64,000 bases of DNA from contig NIVC01000175.1 of NCBI GenBank assembly GCA_002269645.1, positions 310,001 to 374,000 of the forward strand, given 5' to 3'. A program made the translations under genes and the position numbers. The DNA comes from Macrostomum lignano (lineage: Eukaryota). A model generated the notes under the pieces. That model ran no database searches. It worked only from the letters and a program-made list of their open reading frames with translations, and had not been told where the DNA came from. Positions within the stretch are counted from its first letter, which is position 1; each line of letters starts with the position of its first letter. Positions 44,196-57,075 of this stretch are shown one piece after another.

Positions 44196-44854
44196 TCCCT
44201 GATATGCTGAAATGCTGTGGCTCATAGGGGTAGCTCAGATGCCAAAGGGTAAACTGAAATTTGTTGGTAGGCCAAGCATCAAATTAGATTGCCAGGTCAG
44301 GGACTAAAGTCAAACAAGGGCTGTTACCGCCAGCTTCGGGTTTCAAGTCTCCATGGCAGCTCGTAAAAAATCGCGACCAGGGGTGACTTCGAACAAGGAA
44401 ATGATAATTGCGCGGCAACAGATACACCCAGCCTCACCACTGGGCCTCCACCAAACCCCTATAGCCGATAAGGAGGTGATGAAGCGAATCCCACACTAGA
44501 ATTGAAAGGTAAAACGAAGCCCTATTCTTAGCTAAGCAATATATAATATTGGCTAACAGAAGCCCTATACGGTGAATAATTGTTAGCAGCTGACAATTTT
44601 ACGGCCGGGCCTGGGGGACAGCTGCAGATGCAGATGAGGTTAGAGGCATTAGTCAGTGCTAACTGCTCCTAGAAACTAAGGAACTACGAACCCTATTTTA
44701 GCTATACGATTATTATATTACTATTGTTACTACGAGCGTATATATACATTAATAAAAAACGAAACGGTTTATTATAGAGATTTTCTAAAACAGGTATATT
44801 GCACTGAGTTTCAAATACTAAAAGTGTTTAGCCTATTCGATTTGATCTTAAACC

Positions 44855-45095
44855 CAGCACCAGGGGCGCCAGCACCAGGGGCGCCAGCACCAGGGGCGCC
44901 AGCACCAGGGGCGCCAGCACCAGGGGCGCCAGCACCAGGGGCGCCAGCACCAGGGGCGCCAGCACCAGGGGCGCCAGCACCAGGGGCGCCAGCACCAGGG
45001 GCGCCAGCACCAGGGGCGCCAGCACCAGGGGCGCCAGCACCAGGGGCGCCAGCACCAGGGGCGCCAGCACCAGGGGCGCCAGCACCAGGGGCGTC
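44855..45095. repeat. Near-perfect 15-bp minisatellite with GGCGCC core
   Basis: Unit CAGCACCAGGGGCGC, about 16 copies. Confidence 0.96.
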
Positions 45096-45274
45096 AGCAA
45101 GCTACTGCAAGGAGGCGTCAAAGTTACTGAAAGGTGGCGCCAAAGCTACTGCAGGGTGGCGCCAAATGGTTTTGCCAGTCAATCGAGGGGCTGGTGTGCG
45201 CGGCCCTCTCCCCCTCCCCGCTGACGGGTCGCCATCACAACTCTGAAAGCACTTCCCATCATAAACCCGAAATA

Positions 45275-45363
45275 TCACAAACCCGAAATATCATAACTCC
45301 GAAAACCAAAATAGTGTTGGGCATTGCTAGAACTTTCGGAGTTATGATATTTCGGGTTTGTGA
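45275..45363. repeat. Perfect 30-bp inverted repeat with 29-bp spacer (MITE-like)
   Basis: TCACAAACCCGAAATATCATAACTCCGAAA at 45275-45304; reverse complement at 45334-45363. Confidence 0.9.
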
Positions 45364-46244
45364 TGCCCCCTCCCCCCGCTGACTACAATCCCTGATGAAC
45401 GGCACCCGAAACGGTGCCAAGATAGCGAACAGAAAGTGGCCCAAAAACACTTCAGTAGGAATTGAAAACCATGGCCTCAGCAACGAAACTTGATAATTAC
45501 CTGGTATTCTCCCGCTCTGACGGCAAGCCCGACACAAAAATAATTTATGACCCAGAGCTAAGGTGAAAGAAAATGTTTAGCTAGCCAATTAGTGGACCCC
45601 ACATATAGGGCCAACCAAGCCCAGGAAGAAACAGAGTAGATAAGCATCAGGAGACTAAAGGCACTACTAAAAAGTTTGCTAACTTTTGGCGGCAAGTTCT
45701 GCGGGTGAAGAAGACGCACTCGGGATTTTTTTAACCGAGGCCCGTAAAGCCTACAGATTCGGGTTAGAGATTAAACACATTTCTTAGAACCTACCAATCA
45801 GCGACGTGGACAAACTAGACACTTGCGTGTCTCGTTTGTAGCAGCAACACAAAAGCAGCATTTCCTGAGAAGCAAAAATGAAATTAAAACACGAATGCCT
45901 TTGGGCAATCCAACTCATTCAATTACGATAATTAGACGGGTGGATGGAGATCAGAGAACAGCAGAGGGGGAGAGGCAGTAGCCTTTGCGTACCAATGATA
46001 ACTTGTCAGTTAAACAGAGAAAATTGTCAAGGATATAAAGATGAGAGAGTCAAGATGAGTGTATAGGAAAAGATACAAACGGGAGAGCCCTTCTAAACAT
46101 GAAACAGTGAAACAGTAACAGACAAACAAACCAAGATACAGATAGGGAGACAGACAGGTGAAACAAAGAAAAATCATTATTCACACGGGGGCCGCGGGGG
46201 GCACCCTTCGGTGCCATCGTCATACAACCAGCGCCGACGGCAAT

Positions 46245-47196
46245 CATAGGCGTAGGAACGGGGGGGCAGTGGGGCCATGCCCCCCCCACTTTTTAAATGC
46301 AAAATGTAGACTTTTTGCTTATTTTTTTACTCTTATTTTTGGTTGTTGCTGCTTTGCGTGAATGCATTTTGCTGCAAAACATAGCGCCAGCAGCGCTAAT
46401 GAGTGGCTGCGACGCCAAAATGTGGCGCCAAAATGAGTGGCTGCGGCGCTAAAATGAGTGCCTGTGGCGCTAAAATGACTGCCTGCAGCGCTAAAATGAG
46501 TGCCTGCGGCGCTAAAATGAGTGCCTGCGGTGCTAAAATGAGTGCCTGTGGCGCTAAAATGAGTGCCTGCGGCGCTAAAATGAGTGCCTGCAGCGCTAAA
46601 ATGAGTGCCTGCAGCGCTAAAATGAGTGCCTGCGGCGCTAAAATGAGTGCCTGCGGCGCTAAAATGAGTGCCTGCGGCGCTAAAATGAGTGCCTGCAGCG
46701 CTAAAATGAGTGCCTGCAGCGCTAAAATGAGTGCCTGCGGCGCTAAAATGAGTGCCTGCGGCGCTAAAATGAGTGCCTGCGGCGCTAAAATGAGTGCCTG
46801 CAGCGCTAAAATGAGTGCCTGCGGCGCTAAAATGAGTGCCTGCGGCGCTAAAATGAGTGCCTGCGGTGCTAAAATGAGTGCCTGCGGCGCTAAAACGAGT
46901 GCATGCGGCGCCAAAATGAGTGCCTGCGGCGCTAAAATGAGTGTCTGCGGCGCTAAAATGAGTGCCTTCGGCGCTAAAATGAGTGTCTGCGGCGCTAAAA
47001 TGAGTGTCTGCGGCGCTAAAATGAGTGCTGACAACATCGATTCTGAAAAGAATTGGTACATCATAATAAGCATTTTCCAAATGGAAAAATAAAAAATCAA
47101 ACTCGACGAGGGGCGTGCGCCCTGTGAATCTAATTTAATCTCTAAATCCACCACGGAACCTCCCCCGCCACTTTTTGAAACGTTCCTACGCCTATG
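46245..47196. mobile_element. Non-autonomous hAT-type DNA transposon (MITE) containing a 21-bp minisatellite
   Basis: Perfect 16-bp TIR CATAGGCGTAGGAACG; 8-bp TSD ACGGCAAT at 46237-46244 and 47197-47204; internal unit GGCGCTAAAATGAGTGCCTGC at about 46420-47030. Confidence 0.93.
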
Positions 47197-47734
47197 ACGG
47201 CAATTCTATTGCCCATTCCGCTCCTGAGCACAAGCGCCGCCAAGACTGTACTCAAACAGGATGTACATCGGTCTCGACTCTTTGAAATCCAACAGAATCC
47301 GGACCAATGCAAAGCATTAATTTACGCATTATAATCAATAGCAGAAATAATGTATGAGAAGCAAGCCATGCAGCAAAACTGGAAGCAAAGCGAAAGCGCT
47401 GGGGCATGCCAATAAAAAACACCCCCCCCCCAGCCGACACATTGCCGCTAAAAACTGACACACGGAAGCAATCGCTCTGCAATGAAAGTGAAACAAAAGC
47501 TTTAGCTAACTGAGAGAAAATATGCAGGCGCCCAAGTGTCTGTTTAATTAGTTGATTTTCAGAGAAAAAACCCATAACCATTTTTCAGTATGATTTTTCA
47601 CATTTTAGGCAAAAGCATCGTCAGCAGGCTCTAAATGGTTTTTATAACCGATCTACTCAGAGTCAAGTATTTACAATCTCAGTATAGAGACATAAATCAT
47701 AGAGCAGGTCAGTAGTGAAACACTAGACTGTCTC

Positions 47735-48565
47735 CTGGTGAGCGCCCCTGTCTCTTGGTGGGCGCCACTGTCTCTTGGTGGGCGCCCCTGTCTCTTGGTG
47801 GGCGCCACTGTCTCTTGGTGGGCGCCCCTGTCTCTTGGTGGGCGCCCCTGTCTCTTGGTGGGCGCCACTGTCTCTTGGTGGGCGCCCCTGTCTCTTGGTG
47901 GGCGCCCCTGCCTCTTGGTGGGCGCCACTGTATCTTGGTGGGCGCCCCTGTCTCTTGGTGGGCGCCACTGTCTCTTCGTGGGCCCCTGTTTCTTAGTTGG
48001 CGCGCCTGTTTCTTAGTTGGCGCCCCTGTCTCTTGGTGGGCGCCACTGTCTCTTCGTGGGCCCCTGTTTCTTAGTTGGCGCGCCTGTTTCTTAGTTGGCG
48101 CCCCTGTCTCTTGGTGGGCGCCACTGTCTCTTCGTGGGCCCCTGTTTCTTAGTTGGCGCGCCTGTTTCTTAGTTGGCGCCCCTGTCTCTTGGTGGGCGCC
48201 ACTGTCTCTTCGTGGGCCCCTGTTTCTTAGTTGGCGCGCCTGTTTCTTAGTTGGCGCCCCTGTCTCTTGGTGGGCGCCACTGTCTCTTCGTGGGCCCCTG
48301 TTTCTTAGTTGGCGCGCCTGTTTCTTAGTTGGCGCCCCTGTCTCTTGGTGGGCGCCACTGTCTATTGACGGGCGCCCCTACCTCTTCGTGGGCGCCCATG
48401 TCTCTTGGTGGGCGCCCCTTTTTCTTGGTGGGCGCCACTGTCTCTTCGTGAGCCCCCGTTTCTTAGTTGGCGCCCTTGTCTCTTGGTGGGCGCCATTGTC
48501 TCTTAATAGGCACCCCTGTCTTTTGGTCTGCGCCCCTTTCTCTTGATGGGCGCTCCTGCCTCTTA
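47735..48565 (-). repeat. 19-bp minisatellite with a higher-order variant block
   Basis: Unit GCGCCCCTGTCTCTTGGTG, the reverse complement of the 29757 array. Confidence 0.95.
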
Positions 48566-49840
48566 GCGCCATTGTGCGTACGTATCCACATACGGTGCGT
48601 GCCCAAGGTTCGTCGCTAACTGCGGATTGACTCCCTGAACTAAACTAAACTTCCATGGATTCCCAAATCCGAAATTTGGAATTCAATTGTTCTATAGTAA
48701 ATGAACATAGAAGTTAAAAGTCACATGATAGACTGCTTGGGCCCTAGAGCCAACAAAAGTTGGGTTAAAAGTCAGTCAGTCAGTCCGTCAAAGCTGGTCT
48801 AGAAAACAGTAGAAAAAAGCTATAATCTTATCAGTTCTAATGCTTCGTATGCAAACTTCCTTTTTACCCGTTAAGAAAATTTGAATGATCGTTTTTACAT
48901 TAACACAGGGTTTAGTAAGCATTTTCTTACGCACGAGTATTATACCAGACGTGCCTAAACATATATCTAATCAATGCTAGGTTTTTAAGCTGTGTACCAA
49001 CCAGTAAGTTGGTGAGTTAGTGAGCTAGTTAGTCAGTCAGTCAGTCAGTCAGCATCCCCTAGTATAGTGGAATAAATGAGCTTAGGTGTTAAAAATTAAC
49101 ATTAGGCAAAGCTCTCAGTCATATTGCCCAGTAATGACTTTTTTTACGCGCCAACGTTCAAGCTTGCGACAGGGCCCTTAGCTGTGGCCTGGGGTTGGGG
49201 GGGTGCATCGGGGCATTATTAATGAGAAAGGAGAAACAAGGCGGCGGAGGAAACGGAAGGGTGGCAGCAGGTTAAGCGGACAGGCAAGTTAAGGTAAGAG
49301 CGGTGAAAACGACTGGAAAGGCCCTTCCGTGTTGGAGGGCGTGTTGTGCAAAATAAGGGGGAAAATATGGCACGCAACAAAAAAGAGGAAAAGAGGAAAA
49401 CAAAGAGAGGCAAGGCGCGCTGATTGTCGAGGGTGAGCTGCAAAAAAGCTTTGGAGTGGCTGGGATTGTAAAAAAATAAAAGGGGAGGCGAGATAGGGAG
49501 GGAGAGAGTGGCGACTAAATGGGTGAGAGAAATGGCCGGCATTGGAAGAAAGACGCGATGATGAAAATCACCAACGGAACCAGAAAGCAAATGGATTTTG
49601 CTGGGACCGTGGAATACATAAGCAAGGGGGCCGGGAGCAGCAGTTGGTCTGCCAAGCCAGCCAATGAGAGGTAGAGAATTAGAAGCCGAGCAATGCGTGT
49701 TTGGGTAGGTGGAGGCCGCCTGATAAAACTGCAGGTCAAGACGACAAACTGTTAGGAACTATTAGATTTTAAAAAATCTAGGAATACCTTTTACCTGCAT
49801 TAATTTTTTAGCAAAAGTTCATGCGTGATTAAGAACAATC

Positions 49841-52800
49841 ATGTTACAAAATTGTATAACTCTGATTTCCACACTATGGCCGATTTTACTAGCAGTTAGC
49901 CAAGACAGTCAACCAACAGTGACTTTCTACACCAAAGAAGAGATTCCTATTGGCAACGAAATTGGCAATTTAAAGACGCGATTCAGCTACCCAGATGGCA
50001 GCCAATTCAACATGCTGTTCCCGGATTCAGAGATCAGACGTCTGTTCCGACTGGACAGTCGCACAGGAGCCTTGAGCACCATCGCTAGGTTAGATCGCGA
50101 AGTGCTTTGCCCGAACAAACCGCTGGAGTGCCTGCGCACATTTAATGTCGAGGTGAAACGAGGTGGCACAGGTCAAGAAGAGGTCATCGTCATTCGCCTC
50201 ATAATTAACGATGTAAACGACCAGCGACCAAAGTTCGAGGCTAAGCATAAAAAGTTTCGCATTAGCATACCGGAATCCGATAATCCGCCTAGCTACTACT
50301 CGCTACCAACTGCAGAAGATGGCGATTCGGATAGATACGACCATGTCAAATACGATTTAAAAATGATTGGCGACGCAGGGATGTACTTCAAATTGTTTTT
50401 AGAAGAGCGCGGTAGCAAGAGAGTGCCAAAACTCGAGCTAACTAAAGCTCTGGATAGAGAAACTAAAGACAATTATGAGCTTCAACTATTAGTTAGCGAC
50501 GAACAGCATCCGGAAGATCAAGATAGCGCCGACATTCAAATAGAAGTTTTAGACGCTAACGATAATAAGCCACAATGGCGTCTAGCAAAGCAGTCGATAA
50601 CAATATCCGAGTGCGACAGATTGCACCGACCTTTGCTAAAACTAAACGCAACAGACGAGGACTTGAACGAAAGAATCACGTACAGCATCGGCAAAGCGGC
50701 TGGGAAAGACGTGGCTAAGTCGTTTTACATTAGCGGAGACAAACTGAAACAGAATCAGTCACTTGACTATGAAAAAATACGCAAAAAGGTGTTATACATA
50801 CCTCTAGTTGCGGAGGATAGAGGCGGCTCGACTGTTGAAACCTACGTTGAATTACGCGTCACCGATTGCAACGATCACTATCCAAACATAACGGTGGAGA
50901 TGATTGAGGACAAAATTTTGGAAAACGACGAAACAGAAAAGGTGCTAGCGCGAATTCTAGTAGTAGACGAAGATGAAGGAAACAACGGCACGGTTGACTG
51001 CGTAATTGGCGTCCCTAACAAGCGGAAATTCCAACTGACTAATAGAATAACAGACGGTCAATACAAAACAATTTACAAGCTAAAGAAATTGGCTCACGTT
51101 TCCTTCGACAGAGAGGCAACATCGGGCGGAGAGGTTAGAGTCGACATAATCTGCACGGACAAGGGCGACAGTCCACGAGTCGGTCGTAAGGAAGTCAAAA
51201 TAATGATACTAGACGAAAACGACAATGCACCGAGAATAGAATCCAAGCTTTACACGTTTCGTATTCATGAGAACAGTCCGCCAAACACGCTAGTTGGCCG
51301 AGTGACGGCCAGAGATGACGATATTGACGAGAATGCGCGGCTAAAGTTTAGCCTACACAGCGACGGATCGAGAAACTTTGTAATCCGCAATCAGGGCAAC
51401 AACATGGCGGAAATCTACTCAGCTGTCAGCTTTGATAGAGAGCAGATCGATCACTACAGATTCACAGTCACTGTAGCGGATAGCGGACTCAAAGAGCAGA
51501 GAACTTCAACAGCTACCGTAGAGGTGACCATTGTCGATGAAGACGATTCAGTGCCGACATTTCAGTTTCGCGAATACATGTTCAGAATAGAAGAAGACTA
51601 CGGAAGAAACCTATCGAAGCGCTACATTGGCGAGGTGAAAGCAACAGACGCCGATATTGGCGCTAATCAAATGATCTGGTATGAAGTAAACCGGCAGTAC
51701 CAAGCCAGCCTAGCAGACGTTGGCATATCTGGTATGTATTTCTACTTTAATGGAAGCCACCTGTACGGCGAGGGCAATTTCGATCGCGAGAAGCAGGAGA
51801 TAATCAACCTGGAGATATTCGCTAGAAATCGCGGCCCAGCAAAGCACAAAGGCTCGGCCAGGGTTACTATTACACTGAACGACGTCAACGACAATGCGCC
51901 GAGTATTCAAGGCCTGCAAAAGGTGTACAATCTATCGGAGAACAGTCCAGCTGGCACGCCTGTCTTGCAAGTGAGCGGCACAGACCTGGACGCTGGAGAG
52001 AACGGCACGCTCACCTACATACTAGACGAAACCGAAGCCAACCGTTTCACAATAGACGGCAAACACGGCATAGTCACTCTGAGCGGTAGTCTAAAAAACA
52101 ACCAACCAGAAGACGGCTTTCAATCGCAGACCTACCGGCTAGGCATTGGCGTTCGCGATAACGGCAATCCACCGCTGCATAGCATCAAGTACACAACATT
52201 TGTACATGTCAGCTCCGGCCAGGCGTCTGAGCACGGTCGCCGGGTCAATCAAGCGACAAAGCCGGGTAATCGAGCCGGCGGTGGCGGAGGACAACGAGGA
52301 GTTGAAATTTTGAAAACGGACCAGAATCTGCTCATTCTACTCTGCTTGGCCGCCGTAGTCTTCATTGTCTTTGTTGCGCTGTTAGTGATTCTACTATACG
52401 TTCACGCCAGAGGTGAGTAAAAAAACACTCAATAATTTGCACAAAAGGAACATAGATACAAAAATTATTCTTCCATTTCATTTTCAATAGGCCGACGTAC
52501 AGCAAGAAATCGGACCCGACATCCAGGAGTTTGGTACGACAAAGCCAACGGCGACACGGTGAGTAGAGTAAGAGTAATCACTGTTTTACACCTTTGCAAG
52601 TAGTTTAGTGGATATCATTTACAAACGAAACAAACATATCGGTCAGTACCAGTACAGTAGGATACCGTGCGCCCACATACATGCGCAACCTTGGGAATCA
52701 CCTGGCCGTTTCTATTGGCAACACATTCATGTAAGTCGCTATTGGCTGAGAGCAGTCACGTGACTACTATTCTGTCCAATAGCGAGTTACATGTGTGCGT

Positions 52801-53740
52801 TGCCAATAGAAACGGCCGGGTGAATCCCTAGGTTGCGCCCAAGCATGTGCGCCCATATCTTAACAGCAATCAGCAGCTATTAAATGTCCTCGTTGGAGTC
52901 AAATATTCAGTAATCAACCATCGGAAGTTCCGACTATTCATAGTAAAGCATGTTAGCAGCCAGACCTGTTTATCGCCTACTTAAGCACCTCGGAGACGAA
53001 GCAAAAGTGAAATAAATATACCATAGACAAAAAATTTTGTTAAAGTTTCCTTCTATGTTTCGTGTATCCCTGCTTTGGTTTACATTTCGTAGCGCATCTT
53101 CATGGAAATCTCTTATTTCATAACAATATAAAAAAATCCGCAGGTTGAAGAACAGCCAAGCGAGGTTGCTACGGAAACCGGCCTAGGATTTTATCGCTTC
53201 GCCGACAACCCAAACAATCCAAACGGCACCGGTGCTTCACCGCTGTCAGCCGCTGGCAACGCTCTCGGTTCAATAGTGCGCAACAAGTATCCCAGTTTTG
53301 GCTATCTGTCTTCCATTGACAAGCAGCGCGGCGGATTAAGCGTAGGCGCTTACAATGGACAACATGGCGCTATGGATCAGCAGCAGCAACAACAAGCCAA
53401 GACCTATTACGAGACCTACGGCAGGGGCTCCGATAGGCTGCCGAGAAAAGCTACAGCGTTTCAACAGACAACCGCCGCAGCTGCCGCTGTAGGCACTTCA
53501 TCAACCTCTCAAACTGGTCGCCAGACAATAGAAAACAAAGAGTACAGCAATTTAATTGGTCGAGTTGAAGAGAATCGCTACGCGGATCATCAGCGCTATC
53601 AGCAGCAGCATCAGCATCCCGGATACGCCATGCTAGCCGAAACGCCAGCGTCATTAGCAGCTGCGGGTACATCGACTGCGGCGAAACCAGCTGACACGGT
53701 GGTATGCCGGACACCCTACATGACTTCCAGTTTTGTTTAA
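49841..53740 (+). CDS. Protocadherin with 7 extracellular cadherin repeats, 1078 aa; exons 49841-52412, 52491-52558, 53144-53740
   Basis: Signal peptide; seven EC repeats with DRE/DYE and DxND(N)xP motifs; EC1 Cys pair (REVLCPNKPLEC); TM LLILLCLAAVVFIVFVALLVILLY; GT-AG introns phase 1 and 0; spliced length 3237 nt; ends TSSFV. Confidence 0.94.
52683..52838. mobile_element. 156-bp imperfect palindrome (foldback MITE-like) in protocadherin intron 2
   Basis: GCGCAACC...GGCCGTTTCTATTGGCAAC...GTCACGTGAC (centre)...GTTGCCAATAGAAACGGCC...GGTTGCGC. Confidence 0.8.
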
Positions 53741-54659
53741 GAGCACAAATTTGACTGCTAGATCATGTTTCGGGGGTAAAAAAGGAATCGGATGTTCTAA
53801 TGAAATTTCTATGACAAAACTTCATTCAACATGGCGCCCATTTTTATTTATATAACGATTCCAATGAGACCGTTCAATTTTCTAATTTATCCATCTAATT
53901 AATAAAGTTTTAGTTCAAAGCTTATTGTTCTTTCATTGGAATTGTTTTCATTAGTATTTTTGATTATACGATTATGCATATTAAACTACAACTAAGCTCT
54001 AGTTAATCGTAGTCGATTGCACACACTATTCATAAATAAGCTACATGCTTGTCGAGTATGATTCTTAACTATTTCAACAAAAATAAATTCTAGCTCGTAT
54101 ATATACAGTGTTTTGCATTAATAAGTATCAAATTTTGTGACTATAAAATGCATGTAGTACTATTTCTGATTCATTTTATAACCTTAGGTTTACGCTTTAT
54201 TTCCTACACAATTGTGCTGGCAGGTCAGCGAAATGGACAAAACTATTTTCTAATTAAGGGCCAATTGACTATATTGGATTCAAGTAAACCATTCTACTCG
54301 TAAGGTGTCAAATTAATAGGTAGCACACAGTCAGACACACACACACAAGGAATAATATTAAAATCAAGATAATAATTACCTTTCACATTCGCGAATTTAT
54401 TCTTGTTGGGCAGTGGGCAGCTTTAATGAAAGAAAAACTGACGAAGGAACATATTCACGGTTCGATTCACGCACAGTGCTCTGGACACGCAATGAGCTAA
54501 ACACGAGTAGACTAGAGACATAGGATTGAAATCACCAGTAGTTACCGCAATAAACCATTTAAGCAGAGACCAGGGAGAGGACAACTTCTATTTAGATTTG
54601 GTCAAGGCCAAGGTTCAAAGTAGATTAACTGAGAATTTTATGCTCTAATACGTATCGAT

Positions 54660-55165
54660 AGGCCATAGTCGCGTCTAAATCCCCCACGAAACCGTGTCTA
54701 AATCCTCCAAAAAATCGTGTCCAAATCCCCCATAAAATCGTTTCTAAATCTTCCATAAAATCGTGTCTAAATCCCCCATAAAAAATGGTTTCTAAACTCT
54801 CTATAAAATCGTGTCTAAATCCTCGCCATAAAATCGCGTCTAAATCCCCATAAATTTGTGTCTAAATCCCCCATAAAGTTGTGTCTAAATCCCCCATAAA
54901 GTTGTGTCTAAATTCCCCCCATAAATTTGTGTCTAAACCCCCCATAAAGTTGTGTCTAAATCCCCCATAAATCCCCCATTTTGTGTCTAAATCCCCCATG
55001 AAAGTTGTGTCTAAACCCCCATACATGTGTCTAATCCCCCATAAGTTGTGTCTAAATCCCCCCATAAAACTGTGTCTAAATCCCCCATAAAGTTGTGTCT
55101 AAATCCCCCCATAAAACTGTGTCTAAATCCCTTCATTCAGTGTGCTTAAACCCCCATACAGTCGT
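54660..55165. repeat. About 23-bp minisatellite
   Basis: Unit AAATCCCCCATAAAGTTGTGTCT. Confidence 0.92.
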
Positions 55166-56754
55166 GTCTAAAGCACGATAGAGCCGTATCTAACTAATTG
55201 GACACTAGAGTCGTGTCTGCAAGACATGAAATTTTTTAACGAAAAGTCTACTCAAAATTTCACGAAGCTGACTTTTTTATAAAAGCATCTGGCAAGTGGC
55301 GGTGGTTTTTTTCTGTGAACCACGCGCGCAAAGTCAGGAAAGTCATCGAGCTCAAGTGGAATTCCCAAGTTAATCTTAGCTAGAAACCTCCGGTTGAGTC
55401 ACACACGAGAGTTCGAGAAGCGGGAGAAGGGTGTGGTGGAGAAGAGGGGGGGGGTACTGTTCAAAGTGGCTCGCTCGGCTCGATAGAGTGACCAGAAAGG
55501 TGCCGAAAAAAAATTCCTTTCTATCAAAAGATTTTCGCTGTATAGAAAAATTTCTACGAGGAATCGAGATCGACTTAAACACCTCCTCCCATTTTAATAT
55601 GATGGATGCAAATAGACCCCCACAACTAAGCTCAAGTCTACTTAAACTTCTCACTTCCCTCCTAGCAATCAGAGTACAGACCGGATGTGACACTCAACAC
55701 TTCATTACTCAGCACTGAAACCCCCGCGGGCCAAGGCCATCTGGCATGCATTATATATGTAGAAATAATATTATAAAAAAATACTTTAATTCCCTTGGCG
55801 GAATCTTTAAAAACCGAGACGAACGGCACAGCTTAGGCAGACGAAGGGGAGAGGAGAGGAGAGAGCCAGTGACGGAGAAATCCAAGGACTGCCATCCATA
55901 ATAAAAAATAAAATACTGAATTGCAGGCAGGGTCAACTACAATATAATACTAATTGTCCGCAATGATCTATCTGAAGAACGAATATATAAAATCTCAAAA
56001 TGATGTATTTCAATTTTTAATAGATGTCATCCGACATATGTCCACAAAAAAATCATATTCTTCAACAACATCACCCACAATGACATCCTCCAGACTTCAC
56101 ACCACACCTCACAACACCCTACTACCTCCAACACCACATTCTCCAAATTTCACATCCCCCAAACGTAACATCTCCCAAACCTCACATCTGCCAAGGTCCA
56201 AACTTCACATTCCCTCACTTATCAAGCCCAATTTTCCCTATCTAAAACCAGGTTTCCAATCCAGAATCTGCCCGATTGCCAGTAGTCCTTGTCTTATTTT
56301 TCATTCTATTTGTCTTTGATTTTTATTTAAAAACCACTCCAAATTCAGTCAATCTGGCACCCAATTTTATTCAAATAATATATCAACGCATATGTGCTGA
56401 GAAGGGTGCTAGCTGAAACTTGAAATCGGCTGAGAGCAGATTATCTGGAAATATTTACGACCCTCTAAAGAGACAGTTCCTACCCCAGGCGATTTTTCTT
56501 TAAGTGTTGCGGAAAAAAACCTCCGAAGAAAAGCGCCAGTCGGTAAGAATCAAACAATGACGGGATTGAGACATCGGGAAGGGGGAAGGCAGGAGTGTCA
56601 GAGGAGGATTACGGGCGCTAGGACGCAAATAAATCCCGGGTGAAGATAAAAAAATCGCGCCGAAAAAGAATCCGAAAAATCAAGGAGACCTAGGCATAAA
56701 CAACTAGAGTAGCAAAAGGCCTACGCTCAAGACTTCCAATTTTAATCCACCAGA

Positions 56755-57075
56755 ATTTGTCTATGGCCGAACCCTATCAAGCGCTGGGGTTTAGAAAGGG
56801 AACTTGTCTTGGAATTTGTCTATGGCCAAATCCAATCCAGTGCATGGGTTTGGATGGGGAACTTGTCTTGGAATTTGTCTATGGCCAAACCCCATCCAGT
56901 GCATGGGTTTGGATTGAAAACTTGTCTTGGAATTTGTCTATGGCCAAATCCCATCCAGAGCTGGAGTTTGGATTGAAAACTTGTCTTGGAATTTGTCTAT
57001 GGCTAAATCCCATCCAGTGCATGGGTTTGGATGGGGAACTTGTCTTGGAATTTGTCTATGGCCAAACCCCATGCA
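56755..57075. repeat. 59-bp minisatellite, about 5.5 copies, with internal hairpin
   Basis: CTATGG recurs at 56761, 56820, 56879; unit contains CCAAACCC...GGGTTTGG. Confidence 0.9.

Noticed and set aside
45385-45480. Hammerhead-like CTGATGA...GAAAC
   Set aside because: No closing pair for stem II before GAAA and no convincing stem III; the GGCACC/GGTGCC hairpin buries the GAAA. Other CTGATGA sites (9354, 18485, 32540, 38685) also lack the core.
29757-48565. The two inverted 19-bp arrays as arms of one 19-kb transposon carrying COQ5 and PRRC1
   Set aside because: Outer flanks do not match each other and no TIR or TSD is visible; independent copies are more likely.
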